This document shows, one piece after another, positions 28,501 to 42,950 of a stretch of 64,000 nucleotides of DNA. Source of the stretch: Kudoa neothunni. Taxonomy: Eukaryota > Animalia > Cnidaria. The notes below the pieces were generated by a model, which was given only the letters and a program-made list of their open reading frames with translations, did no database searches and was not told where the DNA came from. The position numbers were made by a program, and so were the translations under genes. Every line of letters begins with the position of its first letter. Position 1 is the stretch's first letter. The DNA is taken from contig OZ199840.1 of assembly GCA_964304625.1 (NCBI GenBank), forward strand, positions 6,140,776 to 6,204,775, written 5' to 3'.

Positions 28501-28768
28501 GAAACTGTACTGGCATACTTCCAAAAGCTTGATCTATTCGTTACCAAAAAAAGGAAGAATTCATTATCGGCCCTTCACTTTTTATTCATAGCGGGAATTG
28601 TCTTCAGGTAAATTAATTTCTAAAAATTAAAAATATTCATTCATTTATTTATTTAGTTTTTATTTGTTTTCGTTCCTCTCCTACGGTATGAGTGGAAATA
28701 TAGCCGCGAAAGTTCCAAACAATTCCAGCTATTCTGCCTACAGATGGATGAAATCGTGGGAGTTTTAA
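25516..28768 (+). pseudogene. POMT2: POMT2-like paralog (copy 2), tandem duplicate with two apparent frameshifts and a shrunken intron; pseudogene or assembly error
   Basis: Same exon/intron layout and motifs as copy 1 ([38 protein letters not shown]). The frame breaks in A-runs at 25672-25679 and 25860-25862, and intron 26642-26663 is only 22 nt. Confidence 0.75.
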
Positions 28769-29043
28769 GTCGTATAGGCTTGAACTCATTACCATCAACT
28801 ATGGTTTAGATATTTTATAATATTAGAAAATCTTACTCCTGGAAATGAATTTTTTCGTTTCTTACTTATTATAATTTGGGATAAGTACATAATTTAGATA
28901 TTTATTTAAATCGTCCGATACAATAAACCTTAATTACATGTATATCTCAAATCTTAATCATTTTACGTAGTAATCGATATTTTATTGCTTGGTTCTCATG
29001 AAATAACAAGTAAAATATGCATCATAAAAATCATCTTTGTTAA

Positions 29044-29747
29044 CCCTCTAACGAACTTGGGGTGTATTTCACCTCAAGTCGACTTTAAGCCTCGCGTAAA
29101 ATCTAGTATTTTCTCTGAAAATTCATTAAAAATTCGATATTCCCTTAGTTAAACGATATATTATGTTAAAAAAAATTGGAATAAAAGTGGTTATTAATTA
29201 TTAATTAAATATGAACAAAAAATTTATCTTTAAACGGAATTAAGGATGAAAATAACCCCAGATTTGGTTGAACAGTTATTTTTAAAACATTTATTTGGAA
29301 TGAATTTGAAGATAAAAATATGTTCTACTAATGGAATTCGAGAAAAATGTCATGTACTACGATAATTAATCTTTAATAATCCAATTTAGTGAGATCATGG
29401 TATAATTCGTCTGGTTTCGTTAAAACTAATTGCTCTCGTAACCACTGTTAAAAATGAATATCACTTGATGTAGATTGTATTTTGTTGTACTCTACTTTAG
29501 CTTATAAAAAGAAATTTTAACTTTAATTTAACTCCGAAATTTCTCAAATTATTAAGTACGCCGAATCGGATTAGTGGTATTCCATTAGATAATTGACTAA
29601 GGTTTTTCCCAAAATTCATTCGATAAAAATTATTTATATTATGAAAATCATTATGAAATAATTTTATTGAGTTATTACTTGAAAAAATTGGGATTATTTC
29701 CACCCAAAATTCATCCGAGGGCGGTCGTTTTCAAATAACTTTGAGGG
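29044..29747. mobile_element. Non-autonomous piggyBac derivative (MITE, about 700 bp)
   Basis: TTAA|CCCTC...GAGGG|TTAA ends, subterminal GGGGTGTATTTCACC-type motifs, no transposase ORF. Confidence 0.7.
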
Positions 29748-30172
29748 TTAAATTAATGTGATATATACTCTACAAATATTAGATTATCATTATTATAAAT
29801 TATGTTCAAAATTCCTTAACTTATGAATTTGGATAGTAAAATCATTTAACTATTAATCTTTCCCGCTTATTATTTGTATTCAACTCAATTTTGATGAAAA
29901 AACGTTAAAAACAGACGGTAAATGTGTTAAAAATCAAGAAGATTTAATTGTAGGGAACTAATTTGGTATTATTGATTGAGAAAGAAAGATTCAAATATTA
30001 TTTTAAAAACCTATCATTTTGATACGGTTTAACAGTAATAATATTAAAATCAATAATATACTACAATTTAATAATTAAATTTCGCTTCGTGTATTTAAAA
30101 AAATAGAATTTTCAAACAAACAAAATTTATAGGATTCTTTATAATAATGCATCAAATATATATGGTAAGTAA

Positions 30173-32088
30173 TCAACCCAGGTCATCTTCCTTTTCTGCC
30201 AATTTAAGGTCATATTTTCTCATGATGAACTTTGAAGCGCTATCTATTAGATAAATAAATTGATTTCAGCTAGGTGTGAAAAAATTTACCAAAACAAAAG
30301 AACGTTTGACGTGGAAGTAGATTTCGATAGCGAACCATTATCAAGTAAACAGGTAAACCGGATAGGATAGTTGCAAGTGCAATGAAAAATCCAGTTCTTA
30401 CTTGGAATATTGGTAGCACAATAAGGATGACGGAAATTATACACATCAACCCTGGTATGATAATCCAAACCTATATATGATGAATCACTAAATTGTTTTA
30501 AAAATAATCTGCTCACTTTAAACGGTCTTCTTAGTTCCGGTCTCTTTATGCGGAGGTAAATTTGAGCGAGAAAACATAACAAGAAGAAAAACCATGTGGC
30601 GAAACTAAATAGATCGATCATTTCGCCAAGCTTGTCTGCATTCGGTATCAGCATTATCATGGAAAGAATGGCCTAAATGTTTCACTACTTAGCCAATCGC
30701 ATACGAAATGTAATCAACCATAAACCACAATTTAGTTGCAAATAAAAATAAGATACCGTAAACACAAGTGAAGGAATGGGAGTGTGATTTTTTTTGTGAA
30801 TTGATGAGAGTATGAGTGGAAGATGTCCATTACGTCCACCCACAAACAAAAGTCTTAACCATATTCATTCAATAATCACAGTAAAGAATGAAATTAACCT
30901 TCCATTTCCAAAAATAGAAGGAATTGCAGTGCCAATTGTACTACACGCCACAAGCAATGGAACCACAAAGCTATAATTACCTAAGAATTTGTAACCAATG
31001 GTCTTAAATAATTGTTATTTCAAGAAAGAACATTCAAACACCATACCAAACCCACAGCAGAAGAATCAAGTATTCCACTGGGACCGATTGCAGCAATATA
31101 ACAAATGTTGGTAAGCAAATATGACCCTGTTACAAGGATCATTCCAGATATAATTGATCGTGGTAGATTTCTTTATGTGATAAATTAATGTTGCAACAGT
31201 TTTTGTGTTATGATTACTTGTCAGGGTTGATCATTTCTTCGGAGGCATAATTCAAATTGTTCCAACCGTCATATGCCCATAAAGCTTGAAAGAATGCCCT
31301 TCCAATCGATCCAGCATCCAACTTGGTATGTTGGAAAGGGTTGGAAAAATAGCTTCGGGCCTCTATTAACAAATTAAAGTGGTTTAGAATACAATAAGAA
31401 CCTGGTTTTCGTAGATTTACAAATCCTATCACACCAAATAACAGAATCGCAACAAACTTTGAATACATCAACCAGTTGTTGATACGAATCGACCATTTAA
31501 CACTGAGGGCATTCAAGAGTGTTATAGATACTAGTAAACGTAATTTTTTTCAACATTGCTAGAAAAAAGAGAATAAAATTGTTTATTACATATTATAACC
31601 GCAGCCAACATCTTGTAGATAACCTCTGGAACCCAACAATGAGGGAAAAATGCTTCGCCAATATATATGGCACTTGTAATCGCAACTATTGTTACACATG
31701 CCGGTTTTATAATAAAAACCGAAGTCCAGATAAATAGAAATGCAGGAATTGGACCAAAACTCTCCAACATATAGTTATATTCGGCCCCACTTTTGGGTAT
31801 CGTTGTACCAAGCTCAGCGAAACATAACCCTCCTAGCATTGAAATTATACCGGAAACTACCCACATAATTAGGGCAAATCCAATAGAACCAGTGTGTTCA
31901 AGAACACTTGTCGGTGTGATAAATATACCAGAACCAATAATGGTTCCTATAATCAGACCGGACCCTCCAAGAAAACCAATAGTCCGCTCAAGTTGAACTC
32001 TCTCGCTGATGGCATTACTATTTTTTTTAGGAAGCAAATCACTTAAAACGGGAGTATCCATTTGGGTTGCACTAGCATCACCACTCAT
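30173..32088 (-). CDS. SLC7 L-type / b(0,+) amino-acid transporter light chain (APC superfamily)
   Basis: Motifs [76 protein letters not shown]. Multi-exon. The Cys in FFPHC corresponds to the heavy-chain-linking Cys. Confidence 0.9.
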
Positions 32089-33586
32089 CTTTCTGGTATT
32101 GAATTAGAAGCCTGTATCGACGTGTGCTTGTTTGGCTCTGTTTTAACACTTCGTCCCGATTTCACCCTATAACGTGTCACAACAATCAAAACATAAAACC
32201 GACTCTTCGATTATCTAATTCAAATGCACTAAAATCATGAAGCACGAAAATCACGAGATTTAAAATAAATCCATTCTACAGGCTCTCGAGCTTTAAGTCA
32301 TTTATTCAGCTTCAGTCAACCTAAATCTGATCCATTTTGAAAGCACTCAGTTCTTTCAAATTTTTTAACTATTTTGTTGATTAGAAAATTGAGACAATAT
32401 TTAATTTTGTTTAATAAGAGACAAAACCGTAAGTGTTGTCATCGGTTTATTATGATAAGATAAATAACTGCGATAGATAAACTAATAGTTTCAATTATTT
32501 TTTAATTACCTTCTTGTGAATCATTCTTAATTTGTGATTAACTTACCAAATGAAACTTTCAAAGTGTGAAGTATTGATAGGATGGTAAGTGTGATTCAAA
32601 ACAACAGATTTATTAACAGTTCTAAACAGATTTTTTTCCATTGCATTATTTGAATATTAATAATTCTTCACATATAAAATATGTTTTCAATTTATTAAGT
32701 TGAAAATTTTTTAAAGGTTGTGGATGCCAATAAGTAGGATAACGGGTGGAAAATTTAAGTCGAGATTATCTATCACCGGTGAGGATACATGAGCTACGCT
32801 TCTATTCATAATTATCCTGTATAGTTGAATGGTGTTGGCATAAACTACAAATTATCTTTTGATGTTTATTTTAATAAAATCTAAAAATTTCGCAGATCAT
32901 TTTATCCAACAATTGACAGCAATTATCGTTTTTACAAAATAGAGATTGTACTAATTACAGTAAGGACTCGATATAACGTGATTTTCCATCTTTTATTATT
33001 ATTTATTGTTGAAAATTCATCAACTCCATAAAACTGCATTTTAGACTATAAGTCAATTTAGTGCTTTTTATTTCTTTTAAATAATTGGAATCATTGAGTA
33101 TAGAGGGTTTTGCTATCGCGTAGTATTTTTTGTGAAATATTCTATTTAGTCTAGAGATGAAAAATATGAAGCTGATAAATGTGAACAAAGTATTAATTAT
33201 ATATTAAAAATTTATTTTGTCAATGTCAAGGGAAAAATACGTGACTATAACAGATTTTTTTAATAACTAATATTACCAATGTGATATCGAAAATAAATAA
33301 GTTATTTGTCTTTGGGAGGATATTATCAAAGGAGGCTTATATATCGATGTCAATATTTCCATTGATCGCAAAAGAATTAAGAGTGGATAATACAGTGAGC
33401 TTGAATGCGACCTGTACAACGGGATAGTTACTAATAAGAGACGAAAAATATTCCCAGCTATCCAATCATCAAATAAGCTGTAAAAAGCTGAATGCCTACA
33501 AATGGAAGATTTTCTTGTAATATTGGTTAGTTTCAAAATATCAAGACAAGGTACCCTTTGAATAACATTAGATTTCTTAATTTTAA

Positions 33587-34720
33587 CCCTCTAAGTAAAT
33601 TGGAGTCCATTTGGACATCAAACGAGATTGCCATCCTGTTTTCTCGGTCTTTATAAAATAATTTTAAATATATAGATTACAATTTAAACGTCTTCTATTC
33701 TCATAAAACCTGTTCATCATTAAAGGCATGAATTTATTAGAATTTTCATGGATCATAACAATTTTTTTGCATATTTTAAAAAATAAATTATTATTTATGT
33801 TAATTTTTAAATGGAAATTAAATTTGAGCATACTTTACATACCAAAATCTAAAAAATAATTTTGGGTCGCAAAGCGCCCATGCACAAGTTCCTATTGTGC
33901 AAGCATGAATTTCTTTTTGGAAAGTAGCGGGGATAATATTGACATTATTGGAAATGAAACACCCGACCCAGTGTATTTGAAGGAGACTGTAGGCGATGAG
34001 AATAATCAAAATGACGATTCGCTAATAGACAAAAACAACAGTTTATGGAATGCAATGAAACCAAAGAAAACCACGGTGACGGTAGAAAATAAAATGAATT
34101 CTCTTCAAGATGTGACTATGTACGCCACACAAAAAATCTTTAGTATTGCAAGATGTTTTCATCATTTCTTCCTAATGGAAATAATGGAACGAACAATTAA
34201 ATATACCAGTCAGTGCGATAAGAATCATTATGGAAATAAATGGAAAGATTTTGATGTTGATGAAACGCATGATTTTATTGGCTGACTATTGTACACGGAA
34301 ATCTATAAGGATAGACAAGAGCCTATTGTTGAAATGTTTAGTTGTGACGAAGGTTGGAAGATATACAAAGATCTTTTTTCTTTGTATAGATTCCTGAAAC
34401 TAACAAGAGCGATCCGCTTTGTTAATGCAGAAACTACGGAGGAATGACAGCTAAATGATAAATTTTCCCCGATTAGAGACATATGGGACATTTAGGTTAA
34501 CGTAGCGAACAAAAATTATAACCACGGAGAAAATTGCTCTTTAGACAATATATAAAATGAAAGTCAGGAAAATATGGCTGAAAATTTTTCCTTTCGGTAG
34601 ACTTTGCATCTATATTACGTTTGTGGAATTATTAACGAATTCCAGTATCAGCCATTTTAAAATAATCAGTTGTCCTATTTATATTTATATAGGGACATTT
34701 AGGCACGCACCGTGGGTAAT
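33587..34720 (+). mobile_element. Truncated piggyBac (PGBD4-like) remnant
   Basis: TTAA|CCCTCTA left end. Remnants CFHHFFLMEIMERTIKYT...FIG, RAIRF, DKFSPIRDIW, and a GKYG-like motif. No right end found. Confidence 0.65.
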
Positions 34721-35348
34721 TTATCTGGGTAGGCAGCTGGAGCCTTGGTACAAGAAAATTACAACCAACATTTCAACTATCAATATTTTCATATAGGAAA
34801 CTAAAAAATATCAAAACTATAAATAATTTTTCAAGAAAATTAGTTTGGATTTTATGTTTAAGAATTATTGTTTAATAAATTGTTTAATAACTTATTTACG
34901 GGGAATTGTAATTCTAAGGTTGTATTTGTAGACTAAAGATAAAACATTAAATTTATAGATAGAATTTTTCAGGATTCTAAATGTTTACTTAATTAAAGTA
35001 ATGCTTGTGCGTGAGAATGCAATTAGTTTAAATTCCAAAGATTTATTTGGAAAGTGGGCGCCTCTTTATCAAATTAAATAGGCTCCAATAATAATTGAAC
35101 GATAAATTTCCATATTTTAATGATTTATATATCATGAAATTAATAATATTTCATTCTTAACAATTACTATGGAGATCATATCTAGTTAACACCATAAAAC
35201 TTTCTTAATTAAAATTTGCGACCTTGTCCTATGCTACATAAACATCTAAATTATTTAATAGAGATTATTTTCACAATATTTTAGAGTCCAAACCAATAAT
35301 GCTTGATATGCCAAAATAAAGGGGATAAGTTATTGCTATATGTTAAAA

Positions 35349-37471
35349 TTATAAAAATATTTTAAAATTGGTGATTTTTATCTTTCTGCTTACAAAGGAA
35401 ATCCACCTTCTTTCTTTTGCTGTAGCAAAAATATCAATCACCTTTTCATAGAAATTGAAGGTTGGGTCTTTTTCCATTTGGTTAAATCTTTCTTCTTCAA
35501 TCGATATTAATGCAAAGGAAGAGAGTCGTTGCTTTGTCATCCTGTTTCTGGTGCAGCTTTTAATTCGTTTCAATGCAGAAAACGACTTTTTCACAGAAAT
35601 GGTAGTTGTAGGAATCGTTAAAATTAATTATAACAATTTGACAGCTTCAGGAAATGTTTGGTCCAGTTGATTTTGGAACATGAAATCGAGCAATTATGTA
35701 GGAGACTTTACATTGAATACGTAAGCATTATAAATTCTGGCCAAATAAATCCGCTTTCAGCCTTAAAATGTCAAAAAAATTTACATAATTCCTTTGTAGA
35801 CTTTCAACGGCACTCGTGTAATTTGGCATGATAAATTGTCAAAGTTATTTTCGTTAATCAGTGAAGTAAACTTGAGATTTTCGACATCATTAAATCTCGT
35901 TCTCAGATTCTTTACTATATCACTGACTATTGTACCAAATAATCTCGCTCTTTCATTTTTTATGTCATATTGAGGGCGAAGGATGGATCTAATTAAGTTA
36001 TTTTCTTGGCGATATTTTTCTAAATTATAATACAATGACTCAAATTTTATGCGCATATCCTCAAGTTTTGTTATTGTAACATTGATTCTTTCGGCACAAT
36101 ATGCAATGTCTATCATGTTCGTCTGCAATATATTGAAGAGCGCGTCAGTTAACACGAAAATTTCATTACATATCATCAGTAAAAAGTATATTGAGTCGTT
36201 TTTTAGCCAATTCTAAAGTACAGTACTTTGAAATAAAGTATCTGAATCGTAAAATGAAGGATTGCTGTTTATATTGTAGGAAAGTTTGCAAAGATCACCG
36301 TGGAACTCTAATATCATCTTCACTAATTTTGAATTTGAATTCCATCTCGTTGTCGCTGCTGTTGGGATGCGTCTCCGCACAATCTCACCAAGAAATTGGA
36401 TCTGTTTAGTTGAATTTTTGAAACAAGAGGAAAGCGTTTCATTAGTCTTGAAAAAGCTCGTGTAATCAGGGATAAATTTAGCCAATTATGACAACACAAG
36501 ATTTAACTTATGGACATAACAACAGTGAGTAAACAGCGCGGTCAATACCTTTTGTCTAACATTCGACTGAACTCCATTTAAGTGGAGGCCATAACTATCG
36601 CTCCATCATACGTTTGCGCGACTAATTTCTCTTCAATTTTGTATTTATACATGTTTTTAAATACACATTCCATTACACCACTCGTTGTTCTGTCACGAAG
36701 AGTATGAAATCCAATGAAAACATTCTTAATTTTCTAAAACAATACGTATCTTAATATTATCGAACATTGAGATGTGCATGAAATATTGGTCGTCTCATCC
36801 ACTTCTATCGCAACGAACGGAGCCTGTACTAATTCCTTTTTAATATTATTCTCAAAAACCACCTTTAGCCTCAATCAGATCATTTTGAACCCTGTTGGAA
36901 ATACCAGAAAAAACAGATGAATTCTGTAAATGATATAATTTTTCGTCAAATTTTGCGGTATAATTCAACAACTCCAAATAATTATCACGATTTAAAGACA
37001 GTTTATGTTCATTATCACCGTGGAAGGCAAGTTTTTGTTTAATCAAAACGCAACCTGCACAGATCAATGTTTTCAATATCTCTCTGTTTCCCTCATCATT
37101 CTTCTTGTGGAGTTCAATTATTATATTATTCTGTTTATCAAGATTCAATTCTACTCGTATAGATCCAAATGTTTTCCACGAAACTTGACATTGATAGAGT
37201 GCTTCAGATCGCTCTTGCTTATTTAAAGCGATTGGCAAATTATTCAAGTCGAAATATCCTTCTTTGATCCACACCCACATAACCACTCTTTTTTCTCATT
37301 CCACCAAGTATTAAACGTCCTGATAACTGTCTTCCCTTTCAGTTGTTTAAATTCTTTAAGATCAGGAGTCGGTCTACCATTTGTAATAATTTGTAATTTA
37401 TCTTCATAAAAAAGTTTTGAGAACTCTCTAAGATAACCGCTATCCATATTTGAAGAGATGAAACAAGACAA
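35349..37471 (-). mobile_element. hAT transposase pseudogene (ZMYM1/DUF4371-like with hATC dimerization domain)
   Basis: Motifs LAFHGDNE...NYLELL, VDETTNIS, QTYDGA, HCCYVHKLNL, TRWNS, SFSALKRIKSCTRNRMTKQRLSSFALISIE. Multiple frameshifts. Confidence 0.85.
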
Positions 37472-38040
37472 ACAGAGGCGCGCTCTTATGACAAATAGGG
37501 CATTAATTAATGTTAAACTTGGGTGATATTCCCAGTATAATCGTCATATAGATTATCTTATTTCAGAAATTTGCTTTAATTAAAATTAAGAAAAAATTGA
37601 GGAAACGGAACAATTTATTTGAATAAATAAAGCACGTTCAATCAAAATATTTTGCATGTGTCACGTGACACGGAATAGGCAGTATAGATTTTCATACTCG
37701 TCTATCTAATACAGTGTCAAAAACTCTAGCTAAAAACTTGAAAATGGGTCATGTTGAGAAAAGAAATATTTAGGCAACACTCAAAGATTTAAAAAAAATA
37801 ATTTTAACTGACATTAAATTAAAAAAACATATAAATTCAGAAATTCTTCCTATAATTGAAATAAATTGAGTTAAACCAATTACACTTATAGATTGAAGAC
37901 TAGTGTGAAAAATATTAACAAAAATCGATAAAAATATCCATTTTTCATATTCAATGAGAAACATTAAAAATGTGCTCTAGAAGGCTATATCATATATTAT
38001 AATTCAGATGAGACTAGGGTGTTATTGAATGATTGGTTGG

Positions 38041-39799
38041 CTAGAACATAGAAAGGAAGCTGCCAGCACTTTCGTGTTCTTTGGCGAAAGTTTCGTAGTA
38101 TTGTTGGATAATGCCCACAGCCAACAGGAGACCGGTACCCGATCCAATGGCACCAATGAAATCAGCAAAAACTGATAGAGCTCCAACACAAATACCTCCA
38201 AATGCAGCGGCAGTTGGTATGTATCTATTTAGCTCGTATACCATTGAGCTATCTCTGTGTCCTTTGAGGGTGAGTTGTTGTTCTCTTAGCTGTTTAGCAA
38301 CCTACAATACACAATGACACAATGTGAAATGAGTTATTATTTGGAAAAACTTAATCAAGCTTACGTCTTTAGAAGATGAGCCAGACACACTAAGCCAGGT
38401 ATACGAGAAAAGAGCGCATGAGGTGAGCATGAATGCAATATAGACAAATGTGTGCAGAGGATCGCCGAAAATATCTCCAAAAGTTTCAGGTGCACGCATG
38501 TAATAACACAATCCACCAACTGGGCTAAATCTTCCAGTATCACTTTGCTAAAACCATACACACACATCATCAATACGCTGAAACTCATATACAATTGTTC
38601 AATTACCGACCACATTCCAAGCATTCGAACAAACAGATTATTTGGCATATGGTTGTACAACATTTGTGAAATCATAAAAACGTTGGAAACTAGAGCGCTT
38701 TGAAGGATAATGGGAGTATTGGAGGTGTAGAAGAGTTTTATTGGGTAGCTCATTTGTTGGCCCCTAACTCTGGTGGAAGCTAAAGGTAGATCGACACGGA
38801 ATCCTTGCAAATAGATCACAATCAAAAACACCAATACGGTTGCAAAGAGATTCATCATATTGGGGAAATTCTGGCGATAAAAAGCTTCCTTGAGAGCTTT
38901 GGATTTGTTTTTTCGAGTGAACAATAACCAAAACAGCGACAACAAGGCACCCTCGCATTCAGTTCCACGTCCTGTATTCAGAGTGGCGGGACTGAGTGCA
39001 CTCCAAACAATAGATTCACAGATGTTGGTGGCTATGAACAGAGAGATTCCGCTACCCAATCCATAACCTTCTTGAAGCAGTTCATCCAACAACAACACAA
39101 GTATTCCACTGATAGTTAATTGGATCACAATAATAAGGCAAACACCTGCCCCTATCTCTTGTGGTGAACCATACATTCCGCTCATCACATATACAAAAGC
39201 TTGAGCGAATGTGATAATAACACCGAAAAAACGTTGAGCGCCATTAAAAAGAGCTCTATCTCTGGGTGTGTCACCAACTTCGATTATTTTGGTTCCAGCA
39301 AGTAACTAATATCATCATTTACACATCATAAAATCACGATTTAATTAAGTTACTTGCATGATCATTCCAGAAGTGACAATGGGACCAATACCCAAATCCA
39401 TGAGTGTGCCCCGATTTGACGCCAATATTACTCTCAACCAATAAAGTGGATCAGATGACTCTGAAACCATAATTCCATATAGAGGAACCTTAACACAGAG
39501 GTAGTGTAAGACATGAAACTTATCTCAATCAAAATTATACCTGGCAACAAACCAAATAAATGAACAATGTAACAACTGTCCACAGAAATTTCTCTTTGAA
39601 CAGCACCTAAAATACACCACATTGTAATATACAATTATTGTCTGTCATCATAAAACACTTAAAAGTTTCTATTACTCGTCTTTCTGGTTTCTCAATTTCA
39701 GGCACCACACTTATGAATGGCCTCAAATATTCCAAGACTTTCACTATAAAAAATCGAATAGAATATAGGAATCAATAGAGAGAAAAATCAACCTCCCAT
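38041..39799 (-). CDS. SEC61A: Protein transport protein Sec61 subunit alpha
   Basis: [24 protein letters not shown]..., [70 protein letters not shown]. Short GT-AG introns join the exons in frame. Confidence 0.97.
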
Positions 39800-40806
39800 T
39801 GTAAAACAATCGCTGAATGATTGGTTCGCCGACACACTCCGGTCACTTGAATCGTGACGATGCAATCGGTGCTCTATAAATACTATTGTTATTTGCTGCC
39901 TTCAACAGTATTCTCTATAATAATTGTTATTTTATCATTAAAAAATTATTAATTTCAGTTTATAATGGAAAGTAATATGATAGTTTTTGTTGTGGTTATT
40001 TCGAAAAATTTAGAGAAATTATTTTTGTGGTTGCGCAAAATAACCATTCAGAGAGATTTTAGTTCACGATTTGGTTCTGTTAAAATCGATAAATTGAGAA
40101 AGTAATGACGTGTTTATCCGGCTGCGTACGCGTGTTTGTACAAACATGGATTTGGGGGATAACTCGTTTTTCACAAGCATTATATGTAAACATTTATTAA
40201 TTTGGATATAGTATAGTCTATGTTAAAAAATTTGTTTACGTTAATTTAGCAGATAAGATTAGTTTGGGTTATAAAAATTGTATTATTTATTGGCACGATA
40301 CATTTTAATCCCAACAACTTTTACCTAAGAGTCGTATAGAAACCTTATGTTTTAGATTCGGCTATATCTCACCATTTCTGACTCCTAACAGCTCAGATGT
40401 GAGGCAGATATAATTAAATATAGTCAAAATTGGGGACACCTGAACATTTTCTACGTGTCAATGACCATTTTCTCGTTTATTAGCACCATATTATTATTTA
40501 TCTTAATTTAGATTTTCGTTTAATATAGTAAATCGTGTTTTCTCGACAAAGTTTCTGTTTAAGAAGAAAAAAACATATTTTTTGTTGTGTTTCTTAACTA
40601 TGTGATGAAAAAAAATATTGGTTATTAATTGTAGAAAATAAAGGCTATGACCATTTTTTATAAATTTTGTAAATTAATTATAGTATTCTGATGGTAGTTT
40701 GAACGAAAACGTGACGATGAACAATTTGGTCATACATATGTAACAGGAATTTTTATTTTAATATATGATTGGCGATACATGATTCGTAGGTTTTTGAAAT
40801 TTTTAA

Positions 40807-42950
40807 CCCTCTAATGATTCAAAAATCGATACTCCACTAATTTTTTTGGGGTGTAATTAACCCCACATTTTTATCGGCGAAATATACGCAAAAATTACAA
40901 AAATATTATTTGTAAATTATAAAGCAAATCTTTTGCGAGGAACCCCTATAAATACATAATGGTATATACGCATTAATCCCATTCTAATCCGATTTATTAC
41001 GTCCACACGCCCAATTCGTGTGTAATCGGTAGTTGAGATATAACATGTTATTTTGTTTTCTTAGAGAATTAACCTATTGTACATGAATCGCAGGAGAAAA
41101 GAAATATATTTAATGATAATAGACGCCATTTTTCACATTTAAAACAAGTGTTAGATGAATGATGCGAGCGGTAATATTTGAAATAAGATTTGCACCATTG
41201 CGACGTTTTACGGTCTTTTTTTCTTTCACAGTACTCACATCTACATTGTTTCAGACTGCTGAGAGGTGCCTTCTTCGGAAAACGATCACCTTTTTGTACA
41301 CTCTTTATGATTTTGGCAGGCGTATTTCTAGAGAGAAGAGGATCGTAAAGACATCATTGAGCAATTTCTTTCAGAAAAGCACGCCTGTCCTCCTTTAAAA
41401 ATCACTTAAAATATCCGTATATAACGCAAACGCATTAACTAAGGATAGTTCAGCCATATTAAAACACACTATCATGGGCCATCTCCTCGTAAACCTGCAA
41501 ACTGAAACAGATGCAAACATTGATAGAATGTTTGCAACGTCGCCTTTAATTTGGTTGTAGTTCAATATAACGTTGGATTTGAATTTAAAATTTTCATCCG
41601 ATACCAAGTCGTCTATAGTGCCGCTTATCAAAAGAATGAAAGCCTTCGATTTTTTGCATACATATGAAACCATCATGCAATTTTTATAAAATACGAAGTG
41701 GATACTATAAATATGCTTTTTTGAAGAAGGAAATAGACAGCTTGGGATTTTCTTTTTATTTTCTCTTATTGTTCCCAAGAAAGTAAGAATTTAGCCATCA
41801 ATTTTTCGACAAGCGAAAATGATGATAAAAATTGTCAGCCACCACGTTTCGGCCAGAATAAAATGAGGTGTTGACAAAGAGAGAACTATGCTGTCACTAA
41901 GGTTACATTGTCTCGTGTTGTCGGAATTGTTCTTCCCCAAATAGATGCTGATATTCAAGACATAGTTCGAGATCGGATCAACTAACATGAAAAATTTCAA
42001 ACCATACTTTGCCGGTTTCATTGCCATATATGGTTTGAACGGACATCTTCCCCGAAATGACACAAGTTGTTCATCGATCGTTACATCTTGGTTCGGGACA
42101 AAGTTTGTCCGTTTCTTATCGCTGAATCCTTGTTTCAAAATCATCAAAATGTATTGACCGATTAATTTGTTTGAAACAACGAAGTGAAAAAAAGCCTCCT
42201 GTGTATTTCTTTGCCTTCCTTGACACTGAAAAGTTCACATAAGAATCTTGCCGATCCTTATGCGTTCCCATCAGTATAAGGAGGCCCAAGTAACCTTTGA
42301 TTTCAACAATGCCTATGTCAAACCATTCTTCTTTGAAGTTTCCTGCCAAACACGTTGGTGTACTTTATTATCGTTGAGCATATTTTATCATTGAAAATAA
42401 GGTAAAAACAGTCGACAATCGTTTTTATTGTAAACAATTTATATGAAGTAGGACCAAGGGCAGATTCCATGTTTGCAGCAATGGTTTTTGTCGCAGACGG
42501 TTTTGTATCGCTCTATGTGATACCGCTTTTATTCATTAAAGTATTACTATGGACTATATCCTCTTCAGTACTCTCTTTACTGGTTTCAAAATCTTCGATA
42601 ATAAAATCGTCATATTCGCTACCATATGAACCACATTCATCACTGAAAGTCGCTGAAATCGCTCGTGCTAAATGTTCAACGACCGAAGCTTTTAATTTAT
42701 CCTTAAAATAATATTCTTGGTTTTTAAACAAAAAGAATCTGGGGCTAAATATACCCCAAAAACCTTTGAAGATAATCTTCCGGTAAAAATGTGTATATTA
42801 AACAAATTTTTAATTTTCATATATTATCCTATATTAAAGGCGTTTTTACAAGAATGACTTGAGTTATCAGTTGGACCGTTATTTGCAAAGAAATATGTGC
42901 TTATTTTAAAGTCGCCTTGAGGTGTATTACACCCCAAAAAATCTAGAGGG
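40807..42950 (-). mobile_element. piggyBac (PGBD4-like) transposon, full-length, degenerate
   Basis: TTAA|CCCTCTA...TAGAGGG|TTAA ends. Motifs VTIDEQLVSFRGRCPFKPYMAMKPAKYGLK, GTIRENKK, RFTRRWPM. Confidence 0.9.
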
